64,000 nt of DNA. Origin: Antedon mediterranea (lineage: Eukaryota; Animalia; Echinodermata). The stretch covers positions 21,775,237 through 21,839,236 of the forward strand of contig NC_092672.1 of NCBI RefSeq assembly GCF_964355755.1. Reading direction: 5' to 3'. A program made the position numbers and the translations under genes. The notes below the pieces were generated by a model. That model ran no database searches and was not told where the DNA came from. It saw only the letters and a list, made by a program, of their open reading frames with translations. This document shows positions 13,375 through 27,032 of this stretch, one piece after another; the stretch's first letter is position 1; each line of letters starts with the position of its first letter.

Positions 13375-13691
13375 AATTATCGTAGGAGGAGATAGGAAAA
13401 TGCGAAGTGTCCTCGTATTATTGTCTGCGGGTATTTTTCAAATTGGACATCCTTTAGACAGTGTATACCACGATCGGAAAACACCCCTATTTGGGGCAAA
13501 TCGTTGAACCTAAATTCGTTTTAATCGTCAATAACTAATTATCGAATTCAATTTAATTAGTAAACAGGGTTACATCAGGTGGTTAAAATCAGTACCGAAA
13601 GTACGAACCAACTTTACATACCATCGAGTAAACATTCTAGAAATAACGCGCGATTTACCAAATTTTGCCCTTACGTAAATTTATATATAGA
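13375..13691 (-). mobile_element. Helitron 5' fragment (copy 3)
   Basis: Closely matches ~5150-5466 and ends at the same TATATATAGA|T terminus. Confidence 0.8.
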
Positions 13692-16600
13692 TATCAGGTG
13701 CTTAATTAATATTTTGATTAATTTTCAACATTTGTCCAATTGTCCAATTGAAATGCGTTGTTTTGTCAAATAAGTTGACTCCAGTATGTTTCCTTGTACT
13801 AATAGGCCTATTGTTAAATAATATTTATTTATTTTACTTACTCTGGAAGCACCTTCATTCAAGAAGTGTGCCACTGTTTCTAAAGTGTAGCTTCCAAATA
13901 AATTATTATATTATATGTAAAAAAAGTGGAGTAAAGTTACTTTAGGTAACTAATTAATTATAAAGGCATTCATTTTAAATGTGTTATAATTATAGCTAAT
14001 TCTTTATCTTGTTATTTACTTTATTAATATTAAAAATAAACTTCCAACAGCAAGGAGTTATTTAATTACTTATGTGTACACATTCAGAATACCATAGATA
14101 TATTTAATAGTGAAATACCTCTATGAGAATCCCTACCAACTAGCCCCAACATGCATTTGAGCAGTGGGGTGTGTGTAATAATTAGAATAGCCACAAGGAT
14201 ATCTCAGAAAAATTTTACTTTTTAACTACTGGACAATAATAAACTAATAATTCTTAAAATAATGCAAGACTATAGCAATCATGCTTAATAACGAAAAAGT
14301 TATTGTGAATATTACTGAAATTGTGTTCAGGCAGAATGAGTTTATATCACACTTCCTGTTCACCAAGATAAATTAAACAGATAAGATTGTAATCCTTTTT
14401 TTTCCACTTTAACTGGTGACTCTACTTGTAATGATTGTTTATTCTTACTATAGGCGCGCCTATGCCTGAACCTATTACGGTTATGGTATGCACTAAATAT
14501 GTCCATCATTATGGGATTAAATATTATCCTTATTTAGGCTATTTATTAAATAATAATATATTACGAACTGAGGCCTACTATTATAGTAGGCCTATGTGTA
14601 GCCACAAATCGTTAAACGATATATAATTTAGTCCTACAATTTCACTGAACTCTAAGTATGTGATCGTAAAAATCATAAATAATTTAATTATACAATGTCA
14701 GACTAAAATAGAAGAATTTTAGTTTTGCTAAACGGTCATAATATAGACTGAAACATAAATTAAATGTCATATACAGTAATAAAAATAAGAAATTGTGTCG
14801 TTGGAATTCTAATATACGTATATTTTTGAATATTCATGAGAACAAATTATATAATTTTTTTCATGCGCGCACTAAAATATGATTTTAAAATAAATTGGAG
14901 TCTTTAATAATATGCTACAAAATGCACTAGGGTTATTAAATTAAAAAGTTGCTTAAACGGTAAAATTTCGATTTACCAAATGATACGTCTATGGCTTGAT
15001 AAAAAATATGATTAATTTGTTAGCTGGTATAAATACTGCGATATCTCCGTGAAAGTTTACTCGATTTTTAAACGGTTTTTTCGAGAAAAAAGCTCAAAGA
15101 ACAATGAACAACTGCACAAAGGTCATGCTTCACTATGATGTATTAGAAACTACTGCGCAGCCTCTGTTTACTTTTACTGAAAAAATGGTTTACAAATTGA
15201 TAACTGTATTTCAAATGAAGACTATGTTATTGTTACATGCAAAAAAGCACTGAATTCAAGACTGACATTTTTGTACAGGCACGCTAACTTCTTAGACCTG
15301 CAAAGTAGACACTTTTATGCTCTGCAATAATTCAATGTGTTTTCGACTACTGTATGCTACATCAGTCTGGTATTCTGGTATAACTTCACTCCTCAAAATA
15401 AACTGTAACCCTAAATAAAATTGTACAGTGTTTTCTTATCACCCACTAACAATCAACCACTAATGAAACAATTTCATTAACCACTAATGTGCAAAACTTC
15501 ATTAAAGTAGAAAATTAGTTTAGAGTTATTTTGGAAATATTCTATATTTTTTTTGTGGAGAAAACATTTTTTAATTTGTTGAACTTCAGTTTTAATCCTA
15601 TGTGTCTTTGTCAATTCTCTATGTTTTTCTTCTCTGAGACAAATATGGTACTACATTTTTCACATGTACGCTGAACTTTTATCTGTCCCACTTAATAAAG
15701 TTGAATTGTCGAGTTTGTTGAATTTAGCCTGGTTAGTGTCTGTCCGTTCATTCGTTAATTTAATATGTTTACAACTGTAGGACATACAGTATAGGGTCTT
15801 TACTTTTTATAGGGTCTATTGAACCTAGTTTGACTGTCTGTCCATCCTTCAGTTCTCATTTTTAACCTTTGGACTAAGTGTATTTAATAAAAAAATGCCG
15901 CCTTCGGTTTTTTGCGAGTGGGAGACGTGGAAATGACAATTCACAACGAGAGTATCTCCCCAATCCCCTATTAGAACAAAGTAAATTCTCTTATCTAATT
16001 ATAATTTGAGTAGAATATAAAAAATGATGAAATATAATGAATTAAACACCTAACTTTTTCTTCAAATATGTTTGATACAGAGATGCTGTACTGTAAGTTG
16101 CTAACTTTTTTTATGCAATTGTTGTGTATTAAAATTGATTAGGGAAAAATGAAATCACAAAACATTTTAATCTTTTGTAGTTTATTGTAAAGAACATATT
16201 GTTTTTATTTCATTTTCATAAATTGTAGTATACACTTACATATAAATAGAATTTAGTACTGTACTGTAATACTTAAAAACATATGGCCTACAATGTTTCA
16301 AGCAGTTAAGGGGAATCATTGGACAGTATTAAACAGTTAAACATTTTTTAAAAAATTAAATTGATTGTATTTCGGATCGCAAACAACAAATGTTGTTCAG
16401 TGACTTTATAGAGATCATTACTGCTATCTGCCAAGATATGTTTTTCTTGGTTCTGTGAGATTTTGTTTAGTACATGCTGTTGTATCTCTACACATTTCCG
16501 AAATCCTTTATTGCTTTATTAATCCTTCTAGCTTCATTTTCATTTTGTTTGTCATTTCTGTCATGGTCTGTTTAATGAATAGGAAAAAATATACCATTTA

Positions 16601-16853
16601 GTAACATGATTTATATATTTATACTTTTATTGTACGTGAATGTTATTAAAGTGAAATGAGGTTGGTTATATTTTTTTAACATATGTACAAAATTGAACTA
16701 TGGTGAAATGCATGCAGTACATGAATGTTATTATAAAAATGTTACACCTTTGTACCAGTAACTTCCATAATGAATGAAGGAATGTTGAATACCTTGATTT
16801 GGGTGAGGGTGGGGCTACTGATATTTTTTACCTACCGTTAATAGTTTACTTAA

Positions 16854-17335
16854 TAGGGAGGTTTCGCAACGCTACGAATACGATAACAAAAACGGATACG
16901 TCATACATTTATGGAACTTTTGAGCTGATCCCCATTTCATATTCGTAAAGCGTATTTGTGTTGACGAATATCACATATCATATTCGTAACTACAAAACGA
17001 GTATAGTTTTTTATTATTTTCCACATTTTGCATTTTAATCAGAAATGATTCATGATTATAATATAATTATAGATTTATTGAAAGTAATTTACTAAAGTAA
17101 TTTACTAAAATAACAAGTCGATTTTGATAAATAGCAGTTTTTCTCACTCACTTTGATGTTACGCTAGGCCTAGGCAGCCAAGCAACACGTACCTGCTGCG
17201 CTTCGAATTTACCGCAGTCACATTTTTTTTTTAGATCGACGGCGCCCTCGATTTTTGCAGGCTTACGAAAACGAATACATGTGCGTGACGTATTCGTTTT
17301 CGTCATTGTATTCGTAGCGTTGCGAAACCTCTCTA
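16854..17335. mobile_element. MITE with ~50-bp TIRs (TAGGGAG...CTCTCTA type)
   Basis: TAGGGAGGTTTCGCAACGCTACGAATAC... is mirrored by ...GTATTCGTAGCGTTGCGAAACCTCTCTA. Superfamily not assigned. Confidence 0.8.
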
Positions 17336-17762
17336 TTATTATTTTATTTTTATTTTTTAATTTTAGTTTATATATCAACTGACAGATATGAAAACCTCCA
17401 CTAAAAAGTTGATAAACATGAAACAGTAATATCTTTATCTCATTGTAACATTCAACAGAAGCAGGTTAATGATACTGCAGTGTAATTCAGTAAACAGTAA
17501 ACAAAACAGTATGAATATTATTATTATAAAGTGTTGTACATTAAACAAGCATTGCGGATTGTTTGTATATCAGAAATATGCACAAAATTAAATTATGACA
17601 AAGTACCGGTGTAACTTGGTAACAACAGTTTCTACTAGGCCGACATTACAATTCCTTAATCTAATAAAACAGTGCATGAATCTTATAATGAATTGATGCA
17701 CATTACACAGGAGGTGGAGGATGGGTAGGGTTAATTGAAATAAGCACAATGGTGGTACTTAC

Positions 17763-17802
17763 CTGACTGAATGTTGAATACTGATTGTTGAATGTGTCTC
17801 TC
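17763..17802 (-). other. Candidate 40-bp exon
   Basis: Minus-strand acceptor TTGTTGTTTCCCTCCGCCAG| and donor CAG|GTAAGT. No recognisable protein motif. Confidence 0.3.
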
Positions 17803-18050
17803 CTGGCGGAGGGAAACAACAATTTACAAAAGAATGCCATAACATGTGGAGTATAGCGTGATTGTTGTTCACCTAGTTGTGTGTGTATGTTATTATAAAA
17901 TTTATTTTATCAAAATATTAAAACCACTTTAAAAATGAAATAAAAAATGTTTACATGGAACTACTCGTAATACACAAAACAGTGATATTTATAGGGCGTC
18001 ATCCTTTCACCCACTAACAAGTTTTACAATAACAAACCTTTTTTCTCATA

Positions 18051-18053
<3 letters not shown>

Positions 18054-18086
<33 letters not shown>
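18054..18086. repeat. (CT)n microsatellite
   Basis: Uninterrupted CT dinucleotide run. Confidence 0.95.
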
Positions 18087-18090
<4 letters not shown>

Positions 18091-18679
18091 ATGTGACTTA
18101 TCTCCAACTTTCCATACTGAAAGTCTTACGATTACAAAATCGATGGCCGGATGGGCACCGACTGATAATTTGAAAAATTAAAATTTGTTTTAAGATTAAA
18201 ATTTACATTTCCATCTGATAATTAAGACACTTTCTAAAGGTTAAAACATTGAAGTATAGATAATTAAACAAAGATTTTGGTTAAGTTTAATTTAGTAGTC
18301 AAACCATTATTTATCCAACGAGAGTTGGCGGACAAACAAACATAACTCGAATCCTAGATTTCCAACTTTCAAAACATAACAAATATTCTAGTGGTTAAAC
18401 TGCTGTTATGTTAGTGGTAATGTATTACATTATGGTTACCCATAACAAAAAGTCTTAGTAGTTATAGCTCTATAGCGGTTAGCCTTATAGTCTATCCGGC
18501 TTAGTAGATATAGAGCTGTCGCCTATTTATCACCTACTAGTAGATAGATATTTGATAGATTTTTTATAGTCGTTAGTAGATTTTTGCCTCATTAGCATAT
18601 TTCGCGATGATATTGGTAGGCGACACCTACTAAATACAACTATTATTAGACTACCAATAATCTATCTAGAATGGATTCT

Positions 18680-20850
18680 TAATTGGCTATTATTTGGCTT
18701 TTAAAAATCTACATTAATTTGCTATTTATGGGCTATTAAAAATCTACTAATTAAATGACTATTATTGGGCTATTAAAAATCTGTATAAATTGGCTATTAT
18801 TTGGCAATTAAAAATCTACATAAAATGGCTATAATTTGTCTACTTAAAATCTACATTATTTGGCTATTAATATACTATTAAAAATCTACTAAATAATGGC
18901 TATTATTTGTCTACTAAAAATCTACATTATTTGGCTATTATTGGGCTATTAAAAATCTACATAAAAATGGCTTTTATTTGTCTACTAAAAATCTACATTA
19001 TTTGGCTATTATTGGGCTATAAATCTACATAAAAATGGCTATTATTTGTCTACTAAAAATCTACATTATTTGGCTATTATTGGGCTATTAAAAATCTACA
19101 TAAAAATGGCTATTATTTGTCTACTAAAAATCTACATTATTTGGATATTATTGGTCTATTAAAAATCTACTTAAAAATGGCTATTATTTGTCTACTAAAA
19201 ATCTACATTATTTGGCTATTATTGGTCTATTAAAAATCTACTTAAAAATGGCTATTATTTGTCTACTAAAAATCTACATTATTTGGCTATTATTGGGCTA
19301 TTAAAAATCTACACTATTTGGCTATTATTGGGCTGTTAAAAATCTACTTAAAAATGGCTATTATTTGTCTACTAAAAATCTACATTATTTGGCTATTAAA
19401 AATCTACATTATTTGGCTATTATTGGGCTATTAAAAATCTACATAAATTGGCGACTATTGGGATATTAAAAATCTACATTATTTGGCTATTCAAAATCTA
19501 CATAAATTGGCTATTATTGGGCTATTAAATATCTACATTATTTGGCTATTAAAAATCTACTAAATAATTGGCTATTAAAAATCTACATATAACTATTATT
19601 GGGCTATTAACACTTTGACTGCCAGAGGTTTTTCCAGTTAGAAACTGCCACCGCCAGCGTTTTTAGCCCAATTCGATGTTTTTATTAAAGCTGATTGAAA
19701 CCATGTATGTGATCTGATTTATATGTAATTTAGACTAAAATAATCATAAAGATTTTAGCTTTACAATGGTACCAAGAACGATTTTTAAATTGCAATATGT
19801 AAATCGTAATAGTAAAATGAAAGTAACCCACTTTTTGAATTTTTCGTAGTTTCGCGCAAGAAAGTCGAGATAATCGCGATTTTGTGCAAGACATTACAAT
19901 ATGAAAATATCGCCCGGTGAGATCAACAAACAACGAAAAAGTTACTTACACGGCACTGATAGGCCTATAAAAACAAGTTATCACTATCGAAAAATGTATT
20001 ACATTTTATGAATCATAAATCTTACATCAATGTTTCGCCAAAATCCACATAGTAAAGACACCAGGCCTAGTTAACCAGGCCTAAAGTTGGTCCGGAACCG
20101 TTTTACGACTAGGGCTAGGCTAGCCTAGTACTACTAGCCTAGGCCTAGGAGATAGTAAACTGATGATAATAACCATACCATTTCAAAACAAGTTTGTTGC
20201 GTGAAACTCGGTCACTTTCAGTAAAACACCAAAACAATTAGGGTATACATACAATAATAAAATTAAAGACTTCATATTGAAAATGACTCCATTATTTTTT
20301 ATTCAGATAACAAACAAACATGTCAATCCACAAAAACCTTTGTAATGCTTCGGCGGCATAGCTAGCGCGCGACCGATACACAATGCGCCAAGCCATCGCT
20401 CTACGCGCTACTGTGATGCGCGGTGTTTGTTATTTCGACAGGTACCATTTTGACAGTCGTTCGTAACCAGATTAGTTACTTTCAAATTGTAAAATATTGA
20501 CGGTCCAGACCGAATATAGTGTTCATATTTATAGTATATACCAATAATTAACCTATCTACCGGATTTCGTAAAAAAACGCGAAAAACGAAGATCTTCGTT
20601 TTTGGCAGTCAAGCGTTGTGTTTCCAAAAACGAAGATCTTCGTGTTTGGCAGTCAAAGTGTTAACAATCTACATATAGATATTATTGGACTATTAAAAAT
20701 CTACATATAACTATTATTGGGCTATTAAAAATCTACATATAGATATTATTGGGCTATCAAAAATCTACATATAAATTGGCTATTAAAAATCTACATAAAT
20801 TAACTACTGTTAATTTAGATACTTAAAATCTACAGAAATTAAAAATCTAA
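18680..20850. repeat. AT-rich minisatellite (~20-31-bp monomers, ~61-bp dimer), interrupted by a MITE
   Basis: Repeated TGGCTATTATTGGGCTATTAAAAATCTACAT and TGGCTATTATTTGTCTACTAAAAATCTACATTAT at 18680-19610, resuming at 20661-20850. Confidence 0.9.
19611..20660. mobile_element. piggyBac-like MITE
   Basis: TTAA at 19607-19610 and 20661-20664. Perfect 14-bp TIR CACTTTGACTGCCA / TGGCAGTCAAAGTG. Confidence 0.85.
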
Positions 20851-20945
20851 TCTTTTCTGGCTAAAATACAGATACAGAACAATAATTCATCTTATTGGCA
20901 AATAACAAATAATGATTAAAAAAATAACAAATTAATTTTTTTCCC

Positions 20946-21312
20946 GTATTTGTAAACCTTAATCTTGTCCATACATATGCGAGTCCGAAAACTTTAAGCA
21001 CATATTTTAACTCAGTTGGACATGTAAAAGGAAGAATACCAAACAACAACAGTTACTTTTGTAACAATTTAGACTTATTAAGTGAAACAAGACATTAGTA
21101 ACCAAATATACAGTATACATTTTATAAATTTATTTAACAAAAAATTAAGATAGTACAGTATTTGTAAACCTTAACATCTTAATCATAACATTGCACATGT
21201 TTTAACTCAGTTGGACATGGAGCAACAGAGCAACACTCATCACTTTTGTAACAATCTAGACTTATCAAATGAAATAAGACACAGTATCCAAATATACAGT
21301 ATACATTTTATT
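20946..21312. repeat. Diverged two-copy direct repeat (~200-bp period)
   Basis: GTATTTGTAAACCTTAA...TTTTAACTCAGTTGGACATG...AAATATACAGTATACATTTT occurs twice. Confidence 0.7.
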
Positions 21313-22449
21313 TAAACTTCAAAATTCAAAACAATTCCTGAATGGAATTAGACCAGACAATAAGAAATGCACCAAATAATGTCACTATTGACATGAAAAA
21401 TTAATTACGCAAAAGCACACTTCACCATAAATTAATCATCTTTGCAGTTGACCATCAAATTTGTACTAGTATAGGTTAAAGATCGTCTCTCTGAAAAAAT
21501 AATTGTTTAAACATTTTTTTGTTGAATATGCCATTTGAATTTTGCTATACAAGGGCTACCTATCAGTAACCTATTAACAAACTGATAATAGCCAGTAACT
21601 ATTAATAAACTATTTATTTTATATACTTAGGCCTACTAAGAATTATTACAAATAGATACAGTAGATATAGCTAGATGACCTAGGCCTCTAGGCCTAGATA
21701 CTGCATTAGAAATCTATTATTAATATCACAGTTGTAATATCTATCAACTGCATACTTACAATAGCTATACTAGGGCTACCAATAATAACCTATTAATAGA
21801 CTAGGCTTAGGCCTATTAACAAACTGATAATAGGCCTAGGCAGCCCAGTATAACTATTTAGTATAAATATTATAAACTAAAAAATCTATTTTATAATTGA
21901 ACCCTGGGAAGTAGGCCTACAACTTGTGGCTTATTACTATGTTTTCATTTATGTACACACCTATAATTATATTATACTGTATAATGCCATTGTTGAATAA
22001 ATAAATGTTTTTTTAACAACAAACAGGCAATGTAGGGCCTAGGCTAACTAGTAGTAGGCCTATAAGCCTAGGCTATAAAGTATATTAGGCCTAAGCTAGG
22101 CTATTATAATTATAAATTGAATGAAAAATGCCTAGTGCAATTTAAAAAAGACTAGGCCTAGGCTAGGGCCTACCTAGCTTATAGAGCATACTAGAGGCCT
22201 ACTAGCCTAGCTTCTAGCCTATCAAAAAGGAACACTTTAACTTTAACAAATAAAATGTAAAGATATGGATTGATTCACTTACCACTAAACTGACATTGTG
22301 GTTGGAATAAAAATAAATATTCATGGTCTGATCGAAAAGGCCTACAAGAAGCGAATGCTCCTTTTTTCTCTGATCATCTGCATCGTGCCTGCTGCTGCTG
22401 CAAAAAAAAGAAGCGGGAATTTGGGTGTAACAATTGTTATACACACGCA

Positions 22450-23219
22450 CTAATATATAGACAACGGCTATCTATAACCTATTAACAAACTACATTTTAC
22501 ATTTTACATTTAACTTATATTCCATACCTACTAAATATCTATTATATATAGATAGATGGAGACTACTACAAATCTATTAGAAATCTATGAGTAACACAGT
22601 TTTGTATTATCTATCAACTGTCTACTTATAATAGATAAACAACAGCTATCTATAACCTATTAACAAACTACGTTTAACTTATATTCCATACCTACTAAAT
22701 ATCTATTATATATAGATAGATGGAGACTACTACAAGTCTATTAGAAATCTATGAGTAATACAGTTTTGTATTATCTATCAACTGTCTACTTATAATAGAT
22801 AGACAACCGCTATCTATAACCTATTAACAAACTACATTTAACTTATATTCCATACCTACTAAATATATATTATATATAGATAGATGAAGGCTACTATAAG
22901 TCTATTAGAAATCTATGAGTAACACAGTTTTGTATTATCTATCAACTGTCTATTTATAATAGATAGACAACAGCTATCTGTAACCTATTAACAAACTACG
23001 TTTAACATATATTCCATACCTACTAAATATCTATTATATATAGATAGATGGAGACTACTACAAGTCTATTAGAAATCTATGAGTAACACAGTTTTGTATT
23101 ATCTATCAACTGTCTACTTATAATAGATAGACAACAGCTATAACCTATTAACAAACTACATTTAACTTTTTTTTCATACCTACTAAATATCTATTATATA
23201 TAGATAGATGGAGACTACT
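22450..23219. repeat. ~163-bp tandem repeat, about 4.7 copies
   Basis: TAACCTATTAACAAACTAC recurs at ~22476, 22655, 22818, 22981 and 23141. Confidence 0.9.
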
Positions 23220-23284
23220 CCCTGTCTACATAAAAACTCTTAAGGTGAAAAATATCTATTAAAAACTACTAACAATGGTGTAGC

Positions 23285-23322
23285 CATAGAGATATTATAG
23301 TGTTCACTATAATATCTCTATG
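23285..23322. mobile_element. 38-bp perfect hairpin with 7-bp TSD; probable P-superfamily excision footprint or minimal element
   Basis: CATAGAGATATTATAGTG-TT-CACTATAATATCTCTATG, flanked by GTGTAGC at 23278-23284 and 23323-23329. Confidence 0.75.
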
Positions 23323-24860
23323 GTGTAGCTTAAAGACCTACTTTAAATAGTGCTACATCAACTATGATACAACTACTTACTGTGTACTTTTAATAGGTAG
23401 TACCTATTATGTCACCTATCAATTTTATGTAGTCAGAAAGTAGTCAAAGAAATTATGATAAAATCCTTAGTAGCCAAGAGAAAAAAACTACTAACGGCCT
23501 ATTAAGCCTACTAAGGATAGAGCTATTTCTATTAAAGACTATCTAAATATACTTAGTTATTTCGTTATAGTGGTTAATTTTTGTTATAAATGTGTCATTT
23601 TAACAGAACAAATACCCAGAGATACATTATAGCATTTATGTTTAAGAGTTCAGTTAATAGTCCTATTTTGATATTTGTGTCTTTTTTGGTTTTCATTAAT
23701 TCTAAAAGCAAGTAATATAATTTAAAATACAAATTGCAGAGTTGTAAAATAAATGTTTCAAACATGCAGTTGAAAATAAAAAAAAAGGCAAATTACTAAA
23801 AATAATGACAATGCTGTGGGTGGCTGGATCTCAATGGAAAAAAAATAACAAAAAGCTAAATCAAAACGATAAAGTAAAAGTTAAAACAGCCAGACATTTT
23901 AATATAGATATCTTCTTTATTGTTTGTGTATAAATGGACATTTATTTATGTTTTGTTAATATTTTTTAATTATATGTCAGTCACATATTTTCCATCCTCA
24001 TGTTTGGTGTAGGACATTAAAACTGCATTTATTGTCATGTTTTCTGAGCTTTCAAAGTCTGTTCTTTAATATCAGTTCAAACTGGAGAACAACAACCTGG
24101 TTGAATATTCTAGCACTCTAATATTGTTCTATGTTTTTAATGTCTTGATTTGTGGTGAAAGGAATGTTTGATAGTTGGTCTTAACAGTGGCAGATCCAGA
24201 GGGAGAAAGTAAAGTACTTTCAATTCATTAATTAAAACACATTGTTTCAGCGCCGTGCTAATTTAGTCTTTATTAGAGGTTGCCATTGCTGTTGCTGTCG
24301 TCACACAAAATTATTGTTATGGTGTTTTGCTAAGTGGTATGACACATATTCTTCTGCTGCCTAGCTAGATAATTCTGAAGAATATTATCAGCCTAGACAT
24401 AGAGCGCACATGACAAATATATTTGAATACTCATTTACCCAAGCGATTCCTATACTGTAATTTGAAAACAGTCCTGATAGTCTCTCCAAAACATTGGAGA
24501 GTTTGTGTGTTTGAAAACTACTGAAAAGATGTTCAATTGCATTTGTTGATGACTATAAACCCTGCAACCAGTGCATCAGCAGAGCGAGAAAATTTAGCTC
24601 TGGAGACTGTACAAAATTATCTTTGAGGTACCATAATGGAAGATCGACTAAATGCATTGTTATTAGTACAGGAAAGATATGCTCAGCATCAGTAAAAGGT
24701 TGAAAAAATTGCAACAGAATTTTTTTCACCACAATGCATTTCTATAAGGTCCCTATATGAACATACTAAAAGTCTAGAAAAATCCAGGTAGGGGAAATAG
24801 GTTTTTTTAAACAAAATGGCCGCCAATGGCGAAAAATGTCTAAAAATGAACAAAAAACAT

Positions 24861-25939
24861 GGGTGTCACGAAACCTAAGAACACGAAAGCTCAGACTCCC
24901 TAAGACCTAAGATCACGAAAGCTAAGACCCAACACCTAAGATTACAAATACTAAGATATACCACAGCTTAAAAACAATACTTGTTTATCCATACATAATT
25001 TTAAACACAGTAGGTTTAATTTATTACCATAAATATAATTTAATACTACCGCAAAACATAGATAAACTCACATTATTTTCGCCCGTTGAGTAAATGTATA
25101 TTTTTTCTTTACAACAAACAAACTTGACGGGTTGTTTGTTGGTATATATTTACTCCATTGTGTTGGTTCAGAGGATGTTTTTCTTACGCACCTGCCTTTC
25201 TTGTATTTTGACTCCAAATTTGTTGACTAACTTTATCCTGAACACCACACTTTAAAATTAGGACTTATAAGTACTTTCAGAACGAGAAACACATAATAAC
25301 AAATAAATAAATCCTTTAAATTGATGATTTTACAGATTTGTTTCTTTGTATACTGTAATGTAACTCCTCGAGCTCCATGCTCAATGTTTTTGTTTCTATG
25401 GAGCGCCAAAAGAGCAACAATAATAGTACAAGTATAAAAACAGAAAGAAAACAAAACAAAAAAACTTATCATGATTTTTAAATTAAAATTTATTTGCCAG
25501 TATTTATTTCTTCGTACTTGCATGATTATACTATTATCATTACAATTTTAATTTTACATTGTTCCATCCACACTGTAGATGGACTCCACAGAGTTTTCAG
25601 CCCTCTATATAATGTTTGCTCTTTTGACGTTCCATAGAAACAAAAACATTGGGTAGGCCTACTGTACTGGGTCCACCCTGTACTGTAGGCTAGTCATTTT
25701 GTGTGCGAGAAAAACGTCTGTAAAATCATCAATTTACAAATGTATTTGTTACTTTTTATGTGATTCTTTTTCATGAAAGTGCCAATTCTAAGGTGTGGTA
25801 TTCAGAATAAATGTTTGGAGTTAAAATACAAGGCAGGTGCGAAAGATAAATATTTGTAATCTTAGTGTTGGGTCTTAGCTTTCGTGATCTTAGGTCTTAG
25901 GGGGTCTTAGCTTTCGTGGTCTTAGGTTTCGTGACACCC
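24861..25939. mobile_element. Mutator (MULE)-like foldback MITE inside the left Academ TIR
   Basis: ~90-bp TIRs starting GGGTGTCACGAAACCTAAG, 10-bp TSD CAAAAAACAT (24851-24860, 25940-25949), and a second internal inverted pair at ~25180-25420 / 25610-25845. Confidence 0.85.
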
Positions 25940-26979
25940 CAAAAAACATATATTGTATATCTAATTACCACTTGATAGCAGTTTTTATAATGCTTTTTAT
26001 ATTTCTTTAGTGTCAAACATTTAAACTGCAATATACATATTAATTTAAGTGCTATTTAGCAGTAAAAACACACATTTAGGTATCAAGATATCACCACGGT
26101 TATAATAATAGACAACGTAGTTCCATGCATTATAATGCAGGACTACGGTGTCTAATAAAACAGTAATTATACAATCTTACAATCTATTAATCCATTTATT
26201 TTCATTGTCCAGTTATCATCCTCTGTCTATAGGTAGGAATTAAGCATGTGCTGATGATGCCGTGGTATTCGTCACAAACAGTGGTACTGGTGGTAAATTT
26301 GTCATCAATGGACACATCACGCCATTTGTAACTTTCCATCCCCCAGTCTGTGGGTTGAAGAGTACTTTCTATCCACTGCTGTACCATGGTAATATACATG
26401 CAGGGAATGACATTTTGCAGCATTTGTTGTTGGGGGGAATAGACTTTATTTCAAGTGCTGTTTTGCTTTTTGCTACTTTCTCCCAGAACGTATTCCTCCA
26501 TACAGTATACAGCTACCAATGCCAATTCCTCTGATGCGATGGTTTCGTTATTTTGGAGATGTTTGGTTTTACAGAGTTTGTAAGCGTACTACTGCCCAGG
26601 TGTTATGACTTTTTAAGACTAACACCTTTTTTTTTACCAAATAGATGGGATGTAGCATCACATCCCTGGATTCCATGTATAAAAAGCAAATTAATTTTTA
26701 CAGAGCTTCACACCAAGGAAAGACTTTACATGCATTCACAGTGCTCCCCCATCGAGAACATACAGTATTAAATCAATGAATGAAGCAACCGTGACAGAAT
26801 AATATTAATTTAAGAGGAAAGAACATATTATTACACATGGGTCAAAATCAACCATTTTTATCAATAGAGAAGCAGTGCACATTCCCTCACATATACTATT
26901 TCATCATCGATGGCTATGTGAGACAGTCATACACATTGTATATTTTGTAAGATCATTTTAATCCAGACCTTTTTATTTG

Positions 26980-27032
26980 AATTGCCCCGTGTGGGATGAT
27001 TAAAGAATTTTGAATTGAATTGAATTGAATTG
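26980..27032 (+). mobile_element. Retroposon 3' tail fragment with (TTGAA)n
   Basis: AATTGCCCCGTGTGGGATGATTAAAG followed by a TTGAA repeat; resembles a LINE/SINE 3' end. Confidence 0.45.

Noticed and set aside
17804-17812. TGGCGGAGG as the far end of the element starting at 1338
   Set aside because: It is only a 9-bp match 16 kb away, with no following hairpin or T-run.
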